A stretch of 64,000 bases of DNA, from assembly GCA_964438995.1 (NCBI GenBank), contig CAYTMQ010000006.1:133208-197207 (forward strand). The letters are read 5' to 3'. The notes under the pieces were generated by a model that was not told the DNA's origin, ran no database searches, and saw nothing but the letters and a program-made list of their open reading frames with translations. This document shows positions 54,494 through 64,000 of this stretch, one piece after another (within the stretch, counting starts at the first letter, position 1; each line of letters opens with the position of its first letter). This DNA comes from an uncultured Chitinophaga sp. Its GTDB lineage: Bacteria; Bacteroidota; Bacteroidia; NS11-12g; UBA955. Made by a program: the position numbers and the translations under genes.

Positions 54494-57400
54494 TTAACGT
54501 TTCTTTTGTGAGTCTCTTTCCATTTTTCTTCTTTCAGCTCTGCTCATTGGCGCTCCACTGTCTTGTGGCATACCACCCATCATTGGGTTATTCATAGCAG
54601 GTGCATTTGAGTTGATAGGTGCAGACGTGTCAGAACTTGTAAGCTTCATTCTGCTCATATCCGTTTTCTGAGGTTCATTGGTTTTTTTAACCTGAGAATT
54701 GTCTTCTGCTGCTATCTGTGCTTTGAACAACATGGCCAAAATTCTATCATTCATTCGCAAAATCATGCTTTGGAACAGTTTTACTGATTCAATTTTATAA
54801 ATCAATAACGGGTCTTTTTGCTCGAATGTTGCGTTGTTTGCAGATTGTTTTAAATCGTCTAACTCTCTTAAGTGGTCTTTCCATTCGTCGTCAAGTGTTT
54901 CAAGACAAACAAATTTTTCGTATTCTTTTGTTAGTGCTTCACCATTGGTTTTAATTGCTGTTTGCAAATCAATTGGCAAGCCGAAATTCTTCACACCATC
55001 AGAGAATGGAATCATCACATAACCAACTTTGTCTCCTTCTTGTTGATAGATTCTATTCAATACAGGCATCGCAGTATCTACAATGTGTTTCTTTCTTGTT
55101 TGATATGTCTCTAACAAAAAGTGGTACAATTCGTCTGCTAAAGTTTCTGTTTTTTGAGATTTGAATTCTTCAAGTGTGAATGGTACTTCTACTGCAAAAG
55201 ACATCGCTAAATCGTATTTCAGTTGCTCGAAAGCATCTGGATTTGATTTGGCTTCCATCATTTTGTCGTCGCACCAATCTGATAGAATATTTTGTATATC
55301 TAAAGGCAATCTATCGCCTATTAATGCATTTTTTCTACGCTTGTAAACAACAGTTCTTTGTTTGTTCATCACGTCGTCGTATTCTAACAAACGTTTACGC
55401 TGACCGAAGTTGTTTTGTTCTACTTTCTTCTGAGATCTTTCAATGGTTTTGCTCATCAAAGAGTGTTGAATTACTTCTCCTTCTTTATAACCAAATCTGT
55501 CCATTAATTTAGAAGCTCTATCGCTTCCGAATTTTCTCATTAAGTCGTCTTCTAATGACACAAAGAACAATGAAGAACCTGGATCACCTTGACGTCCAGA
55601 ACGACCTCTTAACTGTCTATCAACACGACGCGAATCGTGTCTTTCTGTGCCTATGATAGCCAATCCACCTGCTTTTCTAACTTCTTCACTAATCTTGATG
55701 TCGGTACCTCTACCTGCCATGTTTGTAGCGATGGTTACTGCGCCTGCTTGACCAGCTTCTGCAACAATCTCTGCTTCTCTTTGGTGCTGTTTTGCGTTCA
55801 ATACATTGTGTTTGATGTTGCGCAATTTCAACATTCTAGATAGCAATTCTGATATCTCAACAGAAGTAGTACCAACAAGCACTGGTCTGCCTTCTGATGT
55901 TAATCTTACGATTTCATCAATAACAGCATTGAATTTTTCACGTACTGTTTTATAAATTTGATCGTCGAAATCTTGTCTTGAAATATTTTTATTTGTTGGA
56001 ATTACCACAACATCTAATTTGTAGATTTCCCAGAATTCGCCAGCTTCTGTTTCAGCAGTACCAGTCATACCCGCTAACTTGTGATACATTCTGAAATAAT
56101 TCTGTAATGTAATTGTAGCGAATGTTTGTGTAGCTGCTTCAACTTTAACATTCTCTTTTGCTTCAATCGCTTGGTGCAATCCATCGCTGTATCGTCTACC
56201 TTCAAGAACACGACCTGTTTGTTCGTCAACTATCTTGACTTTCGCATCTGCGATAATGTATTCTACATCTTTCTCAAATAAGGTGTATGCCTTTAATAAT
56301 TGATTGATTGAGTGAATGCGTTCAGATTTGATGGAGAAATTTCTCATCAATTCTTCTTTTTTCTCTGCTTTCTCTTCTGCTCCTAAATTGCTTTTCTCTA
56401 TTTCTGCAATTTCACTTCCTACGTCAGGGATGATAAAGAAATCTTTCTCTTCGCCTGATTGGGTAATCATTTCGATACCTTTTTCGGTCAATTCTACTTG
56501 ATTGTGCTTCTCATCAATTACAAAATACAATTCAGCATCTGCTTTGTGCATTTCTTTTTGCTGATCTTGCATGTAGTAATTTTCTACTTTGGTCAACAAG
56601 GCTTTAATACCCGGTTCACCTAAGAATTTGATCAATGGTTTGTGTTTTGGTAAACCTCTATAAGCTCTTAATAAAGCTAAGCCTCCGCCGCCTTCTTTTT
56701 CTCCTGTATTTCCAGCTTCAATAGATTTTTTAGCTTCGTTTAAGAAGGTGTTGATGGCTTTTTTCTGTGCTTCAACCAATTTTTCAATTCTTGGTTTTAA
56801 AGCTGAAAATTCCTGAATATCGCCTTTTGGCACTGGACCAGAAATGATCAATGGTGTTCTTGCATCGTCAATTAAAACTGAATCGACCTCATCGACCATC
56901 GCGTAATGATGTCTTCTTTGAACCAGTTCTTCTGGACTATGGGTCATATTATCTCTTAGATAATCGAAACCAAATTCGTTGTTGGTTCCATAAGTAATAT
57001 CGGCGTTGTATGCTTTTCTACGCTCGTCACTATTTGGTCTGTGGTAATCGATACAATCAACTGTCAAACCGTGGAATTCGAATAATGGGCCATTCCATTC
57101 GCAGTCCCTTCGAGCCAAATAATCGTTTACTGTTACAATGTGAACACCTCTTCCTGCCAAGGCATTTAAATAAGCTGGTAGTGTTGAAACCAAGGTTTTA
57201 CCTTCACCAGTTGCCATCTCTGCAATTTTACCTTGGTGTAAAACTATACCACCTATTAACTGAACATCGTAATGCACCATGTTCCATTTAACTGCTCCAC
57301 CTGCCGCCAGCCATTGATTGGCATAAGAAGCAGTGTTGCCGTTTATGACGATGTTTTTCTTGCGAACGGCCAATTGACGGTCCATTTCAGTTGCCGTAAC

Positions 57401-57802
57401 CTCAAGGAAATCATTTTCTGAGAAACGTTTTGCAGTTTGTTTAACAACGGCAAAAGCTTCTGGAAGTATGTCCATTAATATGGTTTCGATTGCCGCTTCT
57501 TTTTCTTTTTCAATGTTTTCTAGTTCATTGAACAAGCTGTCTCTTTCAAGTACATCTTCAACTGGTAAGGCGTCTATGTCTGACTTTATGACATCCGATT
57601 TATCGTTTAAGTCTTTTAGACCAACGGCGATACGTTGTTTGAATTCGGCAGTTTTTTGACGCAATTCGTCATTTGTCAAGCTGTTGTATGATTCAAAATA
57701 GCGGTTTATCTCGGCAACAAGTGGCTCTAGCGCTTTAACGTCTTTCTCACTTTTACTTCCGCCGAAGATTTTAGATATACTTTGTATGAAACTATTAAAC
57801 AT
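54494..57802 (-). CDS. secA: preprotein translocase ATPase SecA
   Basis: 1102 aa. MATGEGKTLV (Walker A), DEVDSVLIDDARTPLIISG (DEAD-like), TNMAGRGTDI, RQLRGRSGRQGDPG. Confidence 0.97.
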   Translation of the reverse strand: MFNSFIQSISKIFGGSKSEKDVKALEPLVAEINRYFESYNSLTNDELRQKTAEFKQRIAVGLKDLNDKSDVIKSDIDALPVEDVLERDSLFNELENIEKEKEAAIETILMDILPEAFAVVKQTAKRFSENDFLEVTATEMDRQLAVRKKNIVINGNTASYANQWLAAGGAVKWNMVHYDVQLIGGIVLHQGKIAEMATGEGKTLVSTLPAYLNALAGRGVHIVTVNDYLARRDCEWNGPLFEFHGLTVDCIDYHRPNSDERRKAYNADITYGTNNEFGFDYLRDNMTHSPEELVQRRHHYAMVDEVDSVLIDDARTPLIISGPVPKGDIQEFSALKPRIEKLVEAQKKAINTFLNEAKKSIEAGNTGEKEGGGGLALLRAYRGLPKHKPLIKFLGEPGIKALLTKVENYYMQDQQKEMHKADAELYFVIDEKHNQVELTEKGIEMITQSGEEKDFFIIPDVGSEIAEIEKSNLGAEEKAEKKEELMRNFSIKSERIHSINQLLKAYTLFEKDVEYIIADAKVKIVDEQTGRVLEGRRYSDGLHQAIEAKENVKVEAATQTFATITLQNYFRMYHKLAGMTGTAETEAGEFWEIYKLDVVVIPTNKNISRQDFDDQIYKTVREKFNAVIDEIVRLTSEGRPVLVGTTSVEISELLSRMLKLRNIKHNVLNAKQHQREAEIVAEAGQAGAVTIATNMAGRGTDIKISEEVRKAGGLAIIGTERHDSRRVDRQLRGRSGRQGDPGSSLFFVSLEDDLMRKFGSDRASKLMDRFGYKEGEVIQHSLMSKTIERSQKKVEQNNFGQRKRLLEYDDVMNKQRTVVYKRRKNALIGDRLPLDIQNILSDWCDDKMMEAKSNPDAFEQLKYDLAMSFAVEVPFTLEEFKSQKTETLADELYHFLLETYQTRKKHIVDTAMPVLNRIYQQEGDKVGYVMIPFSDGVKNFGLPIDLQTAIKTNGEALTKEYEKFVCLETLDDEWKDHLRELDDLKQSANNATFEQKDPLLIYKIESVKLFQSMILRMNDRILAMLFKAQIAAEDNSQVKKTNEPQKTDMSRMKLTSSDTSAPINSNAPAMNNPMMGGMPQDSGAPMSRAERRKMERDSQKKR

Positions 57803-57923
57803 AAAGATGCAAAGATATTGAATTTAAAATAATTTTCTTGGCATCAGTCCAAAGAACATACCAAAGCCAAAAGCTACTGATTTGACTCGGTTTTCTGTCG
57901 TAATGTCAGAATAATACAGCAGG

Positions 57924-57996
57924 CAACCTTACAAGGTTGTTTGGTGAGGAAAATCAACCTTACAAGGTTAACGACTTATACATTCGACCTCCAATG
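57924..57996. repeat. second locus of the CAACCTT-nn-AAGGTTG palindrome pair plus a GGAGGTCG-containing motif
   Basis: CAACCTTACAAGGTTG (57924-57939) and CAACCTTACAAGGTT (57955-57969) are spaced 31 bp apart. CATTCGACCTCCAATG (57981-57996) is the reverse complement of CATTGGAGGTCGAATG and shares GGAGGTCG with the 15-bp units at 37383-37412. Confidence 0.85.
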
Positions 57997-57997
57997 T

Positions 57998-58028
57998 AAA
58001 AAAAACGACTCCTTCTGAGGGGAGCCGT
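57998..58028 (-). terminator. rho-independent terminator of the YceI gene
   Basis: The minus strand reads ACGGCTCC-cctcagaa-GGAGTCGT followed by TTTTTTTT (one mismatch in the stem). Confidence 0.7.
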
Positions 58029-58065
58029 CTTTCATTTAATATTGAAATCCTAGTTACTATGAGTC

Positions 58066-58590
58066 TTACAATTTTTGGAATTGAGCGTTTACTGCTAAAC
58101 GAACTTCGTCTGATACCACTACGCCACCAGCTTCTGTTACCGCATCCCAAGTTAAACCATATTCTTTGCGATTGATTTTACCTGTGATTTCAAATCCATG
58201 TTTTTCGTTGCCGTAGAAATCTACCATTTTACCTGAATACTCAACACCTAAAACGATTGGCTTAGAAGTGCCTCTGATGCTTAAATCACCATGTAATTCA
58301 TAATTGTTGTCAGAAACTCTTTTCAATTCATTAGAGGTGAAAGTCATTTTTGGGTGACTAGCAGCATCAAAGAAATCGGCACTCTTTAAGTGCTCATCAC
58401 GCTGACTGTTGTTAGTGCTTATAGTGTTGATGTCTGCTTCGAAAGAAATTTTTGCATCCGAAAAATCTTCATTAGATGCGTCGAAAGAAGCATCAAAACC
58501 TGAAAAAGTTCCAGTTACAGTAGAAATCATTAAATGTTTAACTTTAAAAGTTACATCTGAGTGCATTTGGTCTAATTTATAGTTTGCCAT
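58066..58590 (-). CDS. YceI family (polyisoprenoid-binding) protein
   Basis: 174 aa. HSDVTFKVKHLMISTVTGTF ... TNNSQRDEHLKSADFFD ... GDLSIRGTSKPI. Confidence 0.88.
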   Translation of the reverse strand: MANYKLDQMHSDVTFKVKHLMISTVTGTFSGFDASFDASNEDFSDAKISFEADINTISTNNSQRDEHLKSADFFDAASHPKMTFTSNELKRVSDNNYELHGDLSIRGTSKPIVLGVEYSGKMVDFYGNEKHGFEITGKINRKEYGLTWDAVTEAGGVVVSDEVRLAVNAQFQKL

Positions 58591-58674
58591 GTCATTAAAA
58601 TTTTATGGAGCAAAACTACAACCACTGATGATTTTTGGTCGTTAAACTAGATTAATAAATTGTCTTAATCTAGA

Positions 58675-59253
58675 TTAAGATTTTCTGTTTTGATTTCTGA
58701 TTTTACTGAGAAATTCTGGTGTTATTCCAAGGTATGCTGCTATTTGTGTCTGAGGGATTCTCTGCGCAAATAATGGGTATTTCTGTACGAAATTGTTGTA
58801 TCTGTCTATGGCTGGTAAACTCAAATTGTCTAATAACCTTTGTTGACTGCTGATCATGCCATTTTCTGTAATGATTCTGAAATATTTTTCGAACTTGGGG
58901 CATTTTTCGAACAACTCCAATTGGTCTTCACGCGGTAATAACAATACTTCTGTATCTTCTAATGCATCCACATTCAATCTTGCTGGTTTACCTGTTATAG
59001 TGCTCATTAAATCTGTGATCCACCAGTCTTCAATGGCAAATTGTAAAATGTGTTCAAATCCATTTGCATCAACAAAATAACTTCTCATACAGCCTTTTAA
59101 AACAAAGGCAGAATGCCTACTTGTATCTCCTTCTTGTATCAGATACTGGCGCTTTCTAATTTTCTTAGATTGCATGATGGATAGAATCATGTATTTCTCT
59201 TCATCTGTGAGCGTGATGAATCGTTCGATATTGGCAATTAGCAATTGACTCAT
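58675..59253 (-). CDS. Crp/Fnr family transcriptional regulator
   Basis: 192 aa. cNMP-binding beta-roll (YLIQEGDTSRHSAFVLKGCMRSY) and a C-terminal HTH (TQIAAYLGITPEFLSKIR). Confidence 0.85.
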   Translation of the reverse strand: MSQLLIANIERFITLTDEEKYMILSIMQSKKIRKRQYLIQEGDTSRHSAFVLKGCMRSYFVDANGFEHILQFAIEDWWITDLMSTITGKPARLNVDALEDTEVLLLPREDQLELFEKCPKFEKYFRIITENGMISSQQRLLDNLSLPAIDRYNNFVQKYPLFAQRIPQTQIAAYLGITPEFLSKIRNQNRKS

Positions 59254-59256
59254 AGT

Positions 59257-61245
59257 TTATTTATATGCAACAGTGGCATAACATGTCTGGTTGTTGCAAA
59301 TATATAATTTACGTTCGTTTTTAGTGTATTTGTGCTGAAATAAGGGGATTTCACTGGAGATACCGGCAAACCCCAAAATGGCATTGGCTTGAGTAGTGTA
59401 TGCTTCAGAAATAAAGTTTATTCTGTCGGTTTCTTCGCCACTGACAATGATTTGTTGCATGCCTTCTTGGACAATGATTTGTAAGTCGGCCCAGTTGCTG
59501 TACCAAGGAGCACTCTGTTCTATCAATGGTGAGAGCGACTGCAACATTTTGTTGACAATATCTCTCCATTCTGGAAGGTCAAAATACCAAGATAATTTAT
59601 ACATACAATGCGCCATGATGCTGTTGCCAGAATTGATGACATCGTCGCTGGTATCGTATTTTTCAGAAACCAAAGGGTTGTTGCTGAATTTGAAAAAGCC
59701 ATTGTCTTCATGATAAAATGAAGTTAAACATTGTTCTGTCATCGCTTTGGCTTTTAACAAATAGCACTCATTAAACGTACATTGATATAGATGTAGCCAT
59801 GCATCACAAAGGCAAGCATAATCTTCTAAAAATGCTGGAATTTTGGATGTGCCCTTGCTGTAAATGCGCATCAATTGACCATTGTCAAAAAAGTTGTCAG
59901 AAATGGATTTTTCAAGTGCAATGGCTTCTTTAACGATATCAGGATGTCTTAAATATAAACCAGCCTGTGCTAGTCCTTTTAGGTGTAAGGCATTCCAAGA
60001 GCAAATACATTTGTAGTCTAAACCTGGTTTGATGCGCTGACTTCTATATTCCTTTAACTTTTTTAAACAAGATTGGATGGTGTTTCTAAACACGTTCTCG
60101 TCCATTTCAAAATCTTTAGCAGCCTTCGAAATAGGGTTAATGGCGTAAAGAATATTTCTATTGTGTTCCCAATTACCTCCTTGCTTGCATTGAAAATATT
60201 GAGAAAAAAATACCGCATCATTACCAAGCACAGATTGTAATTCTTCGTAAGTATAAATGTAATACAATCCTTCAATGCCTTCGCTATCGGCATCTAAAGC
60301 CGACTGGAAAAGACCAACTTCGTTTTTTAATTCATCGTTGCAGAACTCAATGCTTTCAATAGCTATGCGTTTGTATTCTTCATTTTTTGTTGATGCAAAT
60401 GCATAGGCATATACACCAATCAATTGGGCATTGTCGTACAGCATTTTTTCGAAATGAGGAGCAAACCAATGTGCATCTACAGAATACCTTGCAAATCCTC
60501 CACCTACTGCATCATATATACCTCCAAGATGCATTTGAGTCAATGTCAAATCAACCATTTTAAGCGCATCATTGTCTTTAAACAAATTAGCATGGTGCAA
60601 TAAATACAATTGATTGTTAGGCATAGGAAACTTTGGTGCTCTATTCGGTCCGCCATACACAGCATCAAATTGATTGGCAAATACATTCAAAATGGTTTGA
60701 TGGATATTCGGCTTAACTTCTTTTTGAATGGCAGTTGGAGGTAAGCCCATATTTGAAATGCCTTTTCCAAGTTTTTCGGCATACTCTATGGCAGAATCAG
60801 GATTGTTTTGCCACAATTCAGCAATGCTTTTTAAAAGTTTTTGCCATTGAGGTTTGGGTAAATAGGTGAGAGCATGTATTGGTCGCTTATCAGGCAATGC
60901 GAAAGCATTGAGAGGCCAGCCACCATTTCCCGAAATAAGCTGACAAGCATCCATGTACAATTGGTCGACGTCGGGCAGTTCTTCTCTATCGACTTTTATA
61001 TTGACAAACAATTGGTTCATCAAACCAGCCGTTTCTTCGTCTTCAAAACTTTCGTGGGCCATCACATGACACCAATGGCAAGCGCTGTAACCAATACTAA
61101 CCAACAATAATTTATTTTCTTTTTTAGCTTTTTCAAAAGCTTCTTCACCCCACTCATACCAGTCGACAGGGTTGTTTGCATGCTGTATTAAATACGGACT
61201 GCTAGAATTTATAAGACGATTTGTTTTGTGTTCTTGCTTTTCCAA
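59257..61245 (-). CDS. thioredoxin-domain (DUF255) / YyaL-like protein with a six-hairpin glycosidase-like C-terminal domain
   Basis: [29 protein letters not shown] ... [16 protein letters not shown]. The track start is TTG 61275. TTG 61245 gives an N-terminus of the usual length and avoids overlap with the divergent gene. The start is uncertain. Confidence 0.85.
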   Translation of the reverse strand: MEKQEHKTNRLINSSSPYLIQHANNPVDWYEWGEEAFEKAKKENKLLLVSIGYSACHWCHVMAHESFEDEETAGLMNQLFVNIKVDREELPDVDQLYMDACQLISGNGGWPLNAFALPDKRPIHALTYLPKPQWQKLLKSIAELWQNNPDSAIEYAEKLGKGISNMGLPPTAIQKEVKPNIHQTILNVFANQFDAVYGGPNRAPKFPMPNNQLYLLHHANLFKDNDALKMVDLTLTQMHLGGIYDAVGGGFARYSVDAHWFAPHFEKMLYDNAQLIGVYAYAFASTKNEEYKRIAIESIEFCNDELKNEVGLFQSALDADSEGIEGLYYIYTYEELQSVLGNDAVFFSQYFQCKQGGNWEHNRNILYAINPISKAAKDFEMDENVFRNTIQSCLKKLKEYRSQRIKPGLDYKCICSWNALHLKGLAQAGLYLRHPDIVKEAIALEKSISDNFFDNGQLMRIYSKGTSKIPAFLEDYACLCDAWLHLYQCTFNECYLLKAKAMTEQCLTSFYHEDNGFFKFSNNPLVSEKYDTSDDVINSGNSIMAHCMYKLSWYFDLPEWRDIVNKMLQSLSPLIEQSAPWYSNWADLQIIVQEGMQQIIVSGEETDRINFISEAYTTQANAILGFAGISSEIPLFQHKYTKNERKLYICNNQTCYATVAYK

Positions 61246-61269
61246 AATAAATTTGTGAATTATTACGCT

Positions 61270-61818
61270 ATGCAAAAGTACTTGATTTTATGTTTTACTT
61301 TATTGTTTTTCTCTGGCTTAAGCGCCCAAGAGGAGGCAGATTCTTCTAGTACCAAAGATAGCGAACATTTAAAAGATTTGATTTGGATAAAAGACAGTGC
61401 ATACAGAATAATGAAAACACATAGATTTTCAAATTTCAAAGTGCTGTTTCCTTCTTTTAAAACTTATAGAAAATTCATTGATACATCTGTGGCTGGCGAT
61501 CAAAGTAATATCACACAGTATACAGTCTACAATAGCATTTATAACAGTTTGCGCATTCAATATGCTAAGCTGATGAACAAATCAGCTAAAGCTGGAATAG
61601 AATGGTCAAAAACCACGCTTGATTCCTTTTCCATTGATACATCGGGAATAGGGGGAACAGAATATGCCTACATTCATTGGATCATCAAATACAACAACAA
61701 AAGACGTTATCATTATTCTGGATTGTTTATCAAAATGCAAGATAAATGGTTTTTGATGGATGAACTGAAATTTGTAGGAATAGTAGTAGAAAAAAAGAAG
61801 AAGAAAAAGAAGAAATGA
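61270..61818 (+). CDS. secreted protein of unknown function ending in a run of eight lysines
   Basis: ATG 61270 gives the signal peptide [29 protein letters not shown] -7 box lies at 61248-61255. The C-terminus is ...[15 protein letters not shown]. The stop overlaps the tex ATG (ATGA). Confidence 0.6.
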   Translation: MQKYLILCFTLLFFSGLSAQEEADSSSTKDSEHLKDLIWIKDSAYRIMKTHRFSNFKVLFPSFKTYRKFIDTSVAGDQSNITQYTVYNSIYNSLRIQYAKLMNKSAKAGIEWSKTTLDSFSIDTSGIGGTEYAYIHWIIKYNNKRRYHYSGLFIKMQDKWFLMDELKFVGIVVEKKKKKKKK

Positions 61819-63926
61819 GTCTATCTAAAACCGCTTTCGTAAGACAGCACACCAATTTAAACGAACGACACATACAAGCAGTTATCAATCTTAGTGAAGA
61901 AGGCGGTACAGTTGCCTTCATTGCACGATATAGAAAAGATGCCACTGGTAATATGGATGAAGTGGGTATCATCGATGTGTTGAAATATGCTTCTGAATAC
62001 GATGATTTAGAAAAAAGAAAATCTTTTGTACTTGAGAGCATCGAATCACAAGGCAAGTTAACAGATGAGCTAAAGCAAAAAATTGAAACTTGTTATGATA
62101 AGGACATACTCGAAGATTTGTACTTGCCATACAAGCAAAGAAAGAAAACTCGCGCTGATGTTGCTAGAGAAAAAGGCTTAGAGCCTCTTGCGAAAATTAT
62201 TCTTGCTCAAAGAGAAAAGGATATTGAATATGCCGCAAAGAGATTTGTCAATGATAAAGTTGCTAACGAAGAGGAAGCTATTGATGGTGCCTCTGATATT
62301 GTTGTTCAATGGATAGCAGATGATGCTGATACTCGAAATATGTTAAGAGGTAGATTCGAACAACATGCTGTGTTGACAACAAAACTTGTTAAAAATAAAG
62401 AACAAGAAGGAGAAAAATACCGAGATTATTTCAATTATTCTGAACGCTCAAGTCATATTCCTTCTCATCGAATAATGGCAGTTATGCGCGCCGTTGATGA
62501 GGGGATTTTGAAAATTAGTATAGAACCAGATGAGGAAAAAACATTGGAAGCTTTGGATAGAAAATGGATCAAACGCGATAGTGCTTCTGAAGAATTTATG
62601 TTGGACATCACCAAAGATGCCTACAAAAGATTGTTACAACCTTCGCTTGAAAATGAATTAAAACAAAAACTTTTTGAGAAAGCTGAATTGGAAGCCATCA
62701 AAATTTTTGCTGATAATTTGCAACAGTTGTTGTTGTCTTCTCCTCTCGGAACAAAAAGAATTCTGGCAATTGATCCAGGTATTAGAACAGGTTGTAAAAC
62801 GGTATGCTTGAATGAAAATGGCAAATTGTTGTACCATACTGTTTTGTTCTTTAATTCAAGTTCTGAAAAAGAAACATCAGTACAAAACATCAATAAACTT
62901 CTAGCAGAATATAAAATAGAAGCCATAGCTGTTGGTAACGGTACTGCTGGTAGAGATACTGCAGACATTGTAAAACGCAGTGTAAAAGTGCCAGTGTTTT
63001 TAGTGAATGAAGATGGAGCTTCTGTTTATTCGGTTTCAGAAATGGGAAGAAAAGAATTTCCAGACCATGATGTTACAGTTAGAGGGGCAGTAAGCATAGG
63101 TAGACGTTTAATGGATCCATTGGCTGAGTTGGTTAAGATTGATGCCAAAAGTATTGGTGTTGGTCAATATCAACACGACGTGAATCAAACGTTGCTTAAA
63201 AAAGCCCTTGAAGAAACAGTTGAAGTATGTGTAAATAGAGTAGGGGTTAACTTGAATACTGCCGGTGAAGCTTTGTTGAGTTATGTGTCTGGCCTCGGAC
63301 CAACATTGGCCAAAAACATCATTGCATTTCGAGATAAAAATGGTGATTTCAAATCAAGAGAAGAACTCAAAAAGATTCCAAGATTGGGCGATAAAGCTTT
63401 CGAACAATGTGCTGGTTTCTTAAGAATTCCAAATGGCACACAAGTATTAGATAGAAGTGCAGTGCATCCTGAGCAATACAAAGTAGTGAAACAAATGGTA
63501 GCTGCCTCTGGGATGAACATTGATGAGATTATTGGCAACAAAGTAGCCATTGCAAAAATAGCTGCCATGACCAACATCAAAGAGCAAATTGGAGAATATA
63601 CGTTTAACGATATCATCAAAGAACTTGAGAAACCAGGGCTTGACCCACGTGAAATGCTTGGCGAAGAAAGTTATGATGATGCCATTAGAAGCATGGATGA
63701 CCTTAAGCCTGGAATGTCTGTGAAAGGTATCGTAACCAATATTACAAATTTTGGAGCTTTTATAGATTTGGGCATCAAAGAGAATGGCATGTTGCATATT
63801 TCTGAAATGGCCAACCATTTTATCAAAAGTCCAAATGAAGTGGTGAAATTGAACCAAAAGCTGACTTTGAAAGTCAAAGACATTGACAAAGACAGAAAAC
63901 GTATATCATTGACTTTGAAAGGATAA
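61815..63926 (+). CDS. tex: Tex-like transcription accessory protein (YqgF/RuvC-like, HhH and S1 RNA-binding domains)
   Basis: 703 aa. FIARYRKDATGNMDE, ILAIDPGIRTGCK (YqgF-like), LNTAGEALLSYVSGLGPTLAKNI (HhH), and a C-terminal S1 domain (GIVTNITNFGAFIDLG...GMLHISE). Confidence 0.93.
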   Translation: MSLSKTAFVRQHTNLNERHIQAVINLSEEGGTVAFIARYRKDATGNMDEVGIIDVLKYASEYDDLEKRKSFVLESIESQGKLTDELKQKIETCYDKDILEDLYLPYKQRKKTRADVAREKGLEPLAKIILAQREKDIEYAAKRFVNDKVANEEEAIDGASDIVVQWIADDADTRNMLRGRFEQHAVLTTKLVKNKEQEGEKYRDYFNYSERSSHIPSHRIMAVMRAVDEGILKISIEPDEEKTLEALDRKWIKRDSASEEFMLDITKDAYKRLLQPSLENELKQKLFEKAELEAIKIFADNLQQLLLSSPLGTKRILAIDPGIRTGCKTVCLNENGKLLYHTVLFFNSSSEKETSVQNINKLLAEYKIEAIAVGNGTAGRDTADIVKRSVKVPVFLVNEDGASVYSVSEMGRKEFPDHDVTVRGAVSIGRRLMDPLAELVKIDAKSIGVGQYQHDVNQTLLKKALEETVEVCVNRVGVNLNTAGEALLSYVSGLGPTLAKNIIAFRDKNGDFKSREELKKIPRLGDKAFEQCAGFLRIPNGTQVLDRSAVHPEQYKVVKQMVAASGMNIDEIIGNKVAIAKIAAMTNIKEQIGEYTFNDIIKELEKPGLDPREMLGEESYDDAIRSMDDLKPGMSVKGIVTNITNFGAFIDLGIKENGMLHISEMANHFIKSPNEVVKLNQKLTLKVKDIDKDRKRISLTLKG

Positions 63927-64000
63927 GAAAAAATATTTTTTAAACGAAGCAACTTTTGTTAAAAGGTGACGTTTAATAAGTATATGCGTTTACACAAATC

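Noticed and set aside
54494-54640. The SecA C-terminal tail lacks the Cys-rich zinc-finger (CxCx8C(H/C)) found in E. coli SecA and is instead Met/Pro/Asn-rich and basic
   Set aside because: The SecA C-terminal tail is highly variable, and the zinc finger is tied to SecB, which many phyla lack. Without a comparison to related genomes this is not evidence of anything unusual.
63281-63952. Several 90-136 aa minus-strand ORFs inside tex; similar nested ORFs occur inside secA, the RND pump, ugd and the ABC-F gene
   Set aside because: All are nested antisense or out-of-frame within long, motif-rich, confidently identified genes. None has recognisable motifs.
1-64000. Search for defence, mobile or toxin systems (restriction-modification, Cas, toxin-antitoxin, retrons, transposases, integrases, phage genes)
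   Set aside because: None of the translated ORFs shows the hallmark motifs of these families. The window reads as core chromosome with envelope, sulfur and efflux modules rather than an accessory island.

Overview
AT-rich, densely coding chromosomal segment that looks like a Bacteroidota genome. Supporting signs are a cargo protein with a T9SS type-B (CHU_C-like) C-terminal sorting domain, TAnnTTTG -7 promoter boxes upstream of several genes, and families such as DUF1573, GSCFA, LytTR and WG-repeat. I support about 62 protein-coding genes, one tRNA-Phe(GAA), several rho-independent or bidirectional terminators, a few promoter/operator candidates, and three loci of G+C-rich intergenic repeats.

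Housekeeping genes include rsmA, mgtE, trxA, ugd, aroQ, aspartate kinase, fbp, secA and tex. There is also a TetR-controlled TolC/RND efflux operon. I saw no rRNA, CRISPR array, transposase, integrase, phage genes or recognisable defence system.

The most interesting items are:
1. A tight seven-gene sulfur-trafficking operon (10364-13449). It is built around a CstB-like persulfide dioxygenase-rhodanese fusion and includes two small CxxGxC membrane proteins and an HMA-domain protein.
2. A family of G+C-rich composite intergenic repeats (37286-37530, 45054-45150, 57924-57996) that share palindromes and a TCGG(A)AGGTC core.
3. Four tandem secreted DUF1573 paralogues (4074-6241).
4. An ECF sigma factor paired with a protein that appears to combine an anti-sigma N-terminus, one TM helix and an outer-membrane beta-barrel-like C-terminus.
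5. An orphan LytTR regulator whose phospho-acceptor Asp is replaced by Glu, followed by a three-gene envelope operon.

All family assignments rest on motifs I read in the supplied translations. No database search was run.
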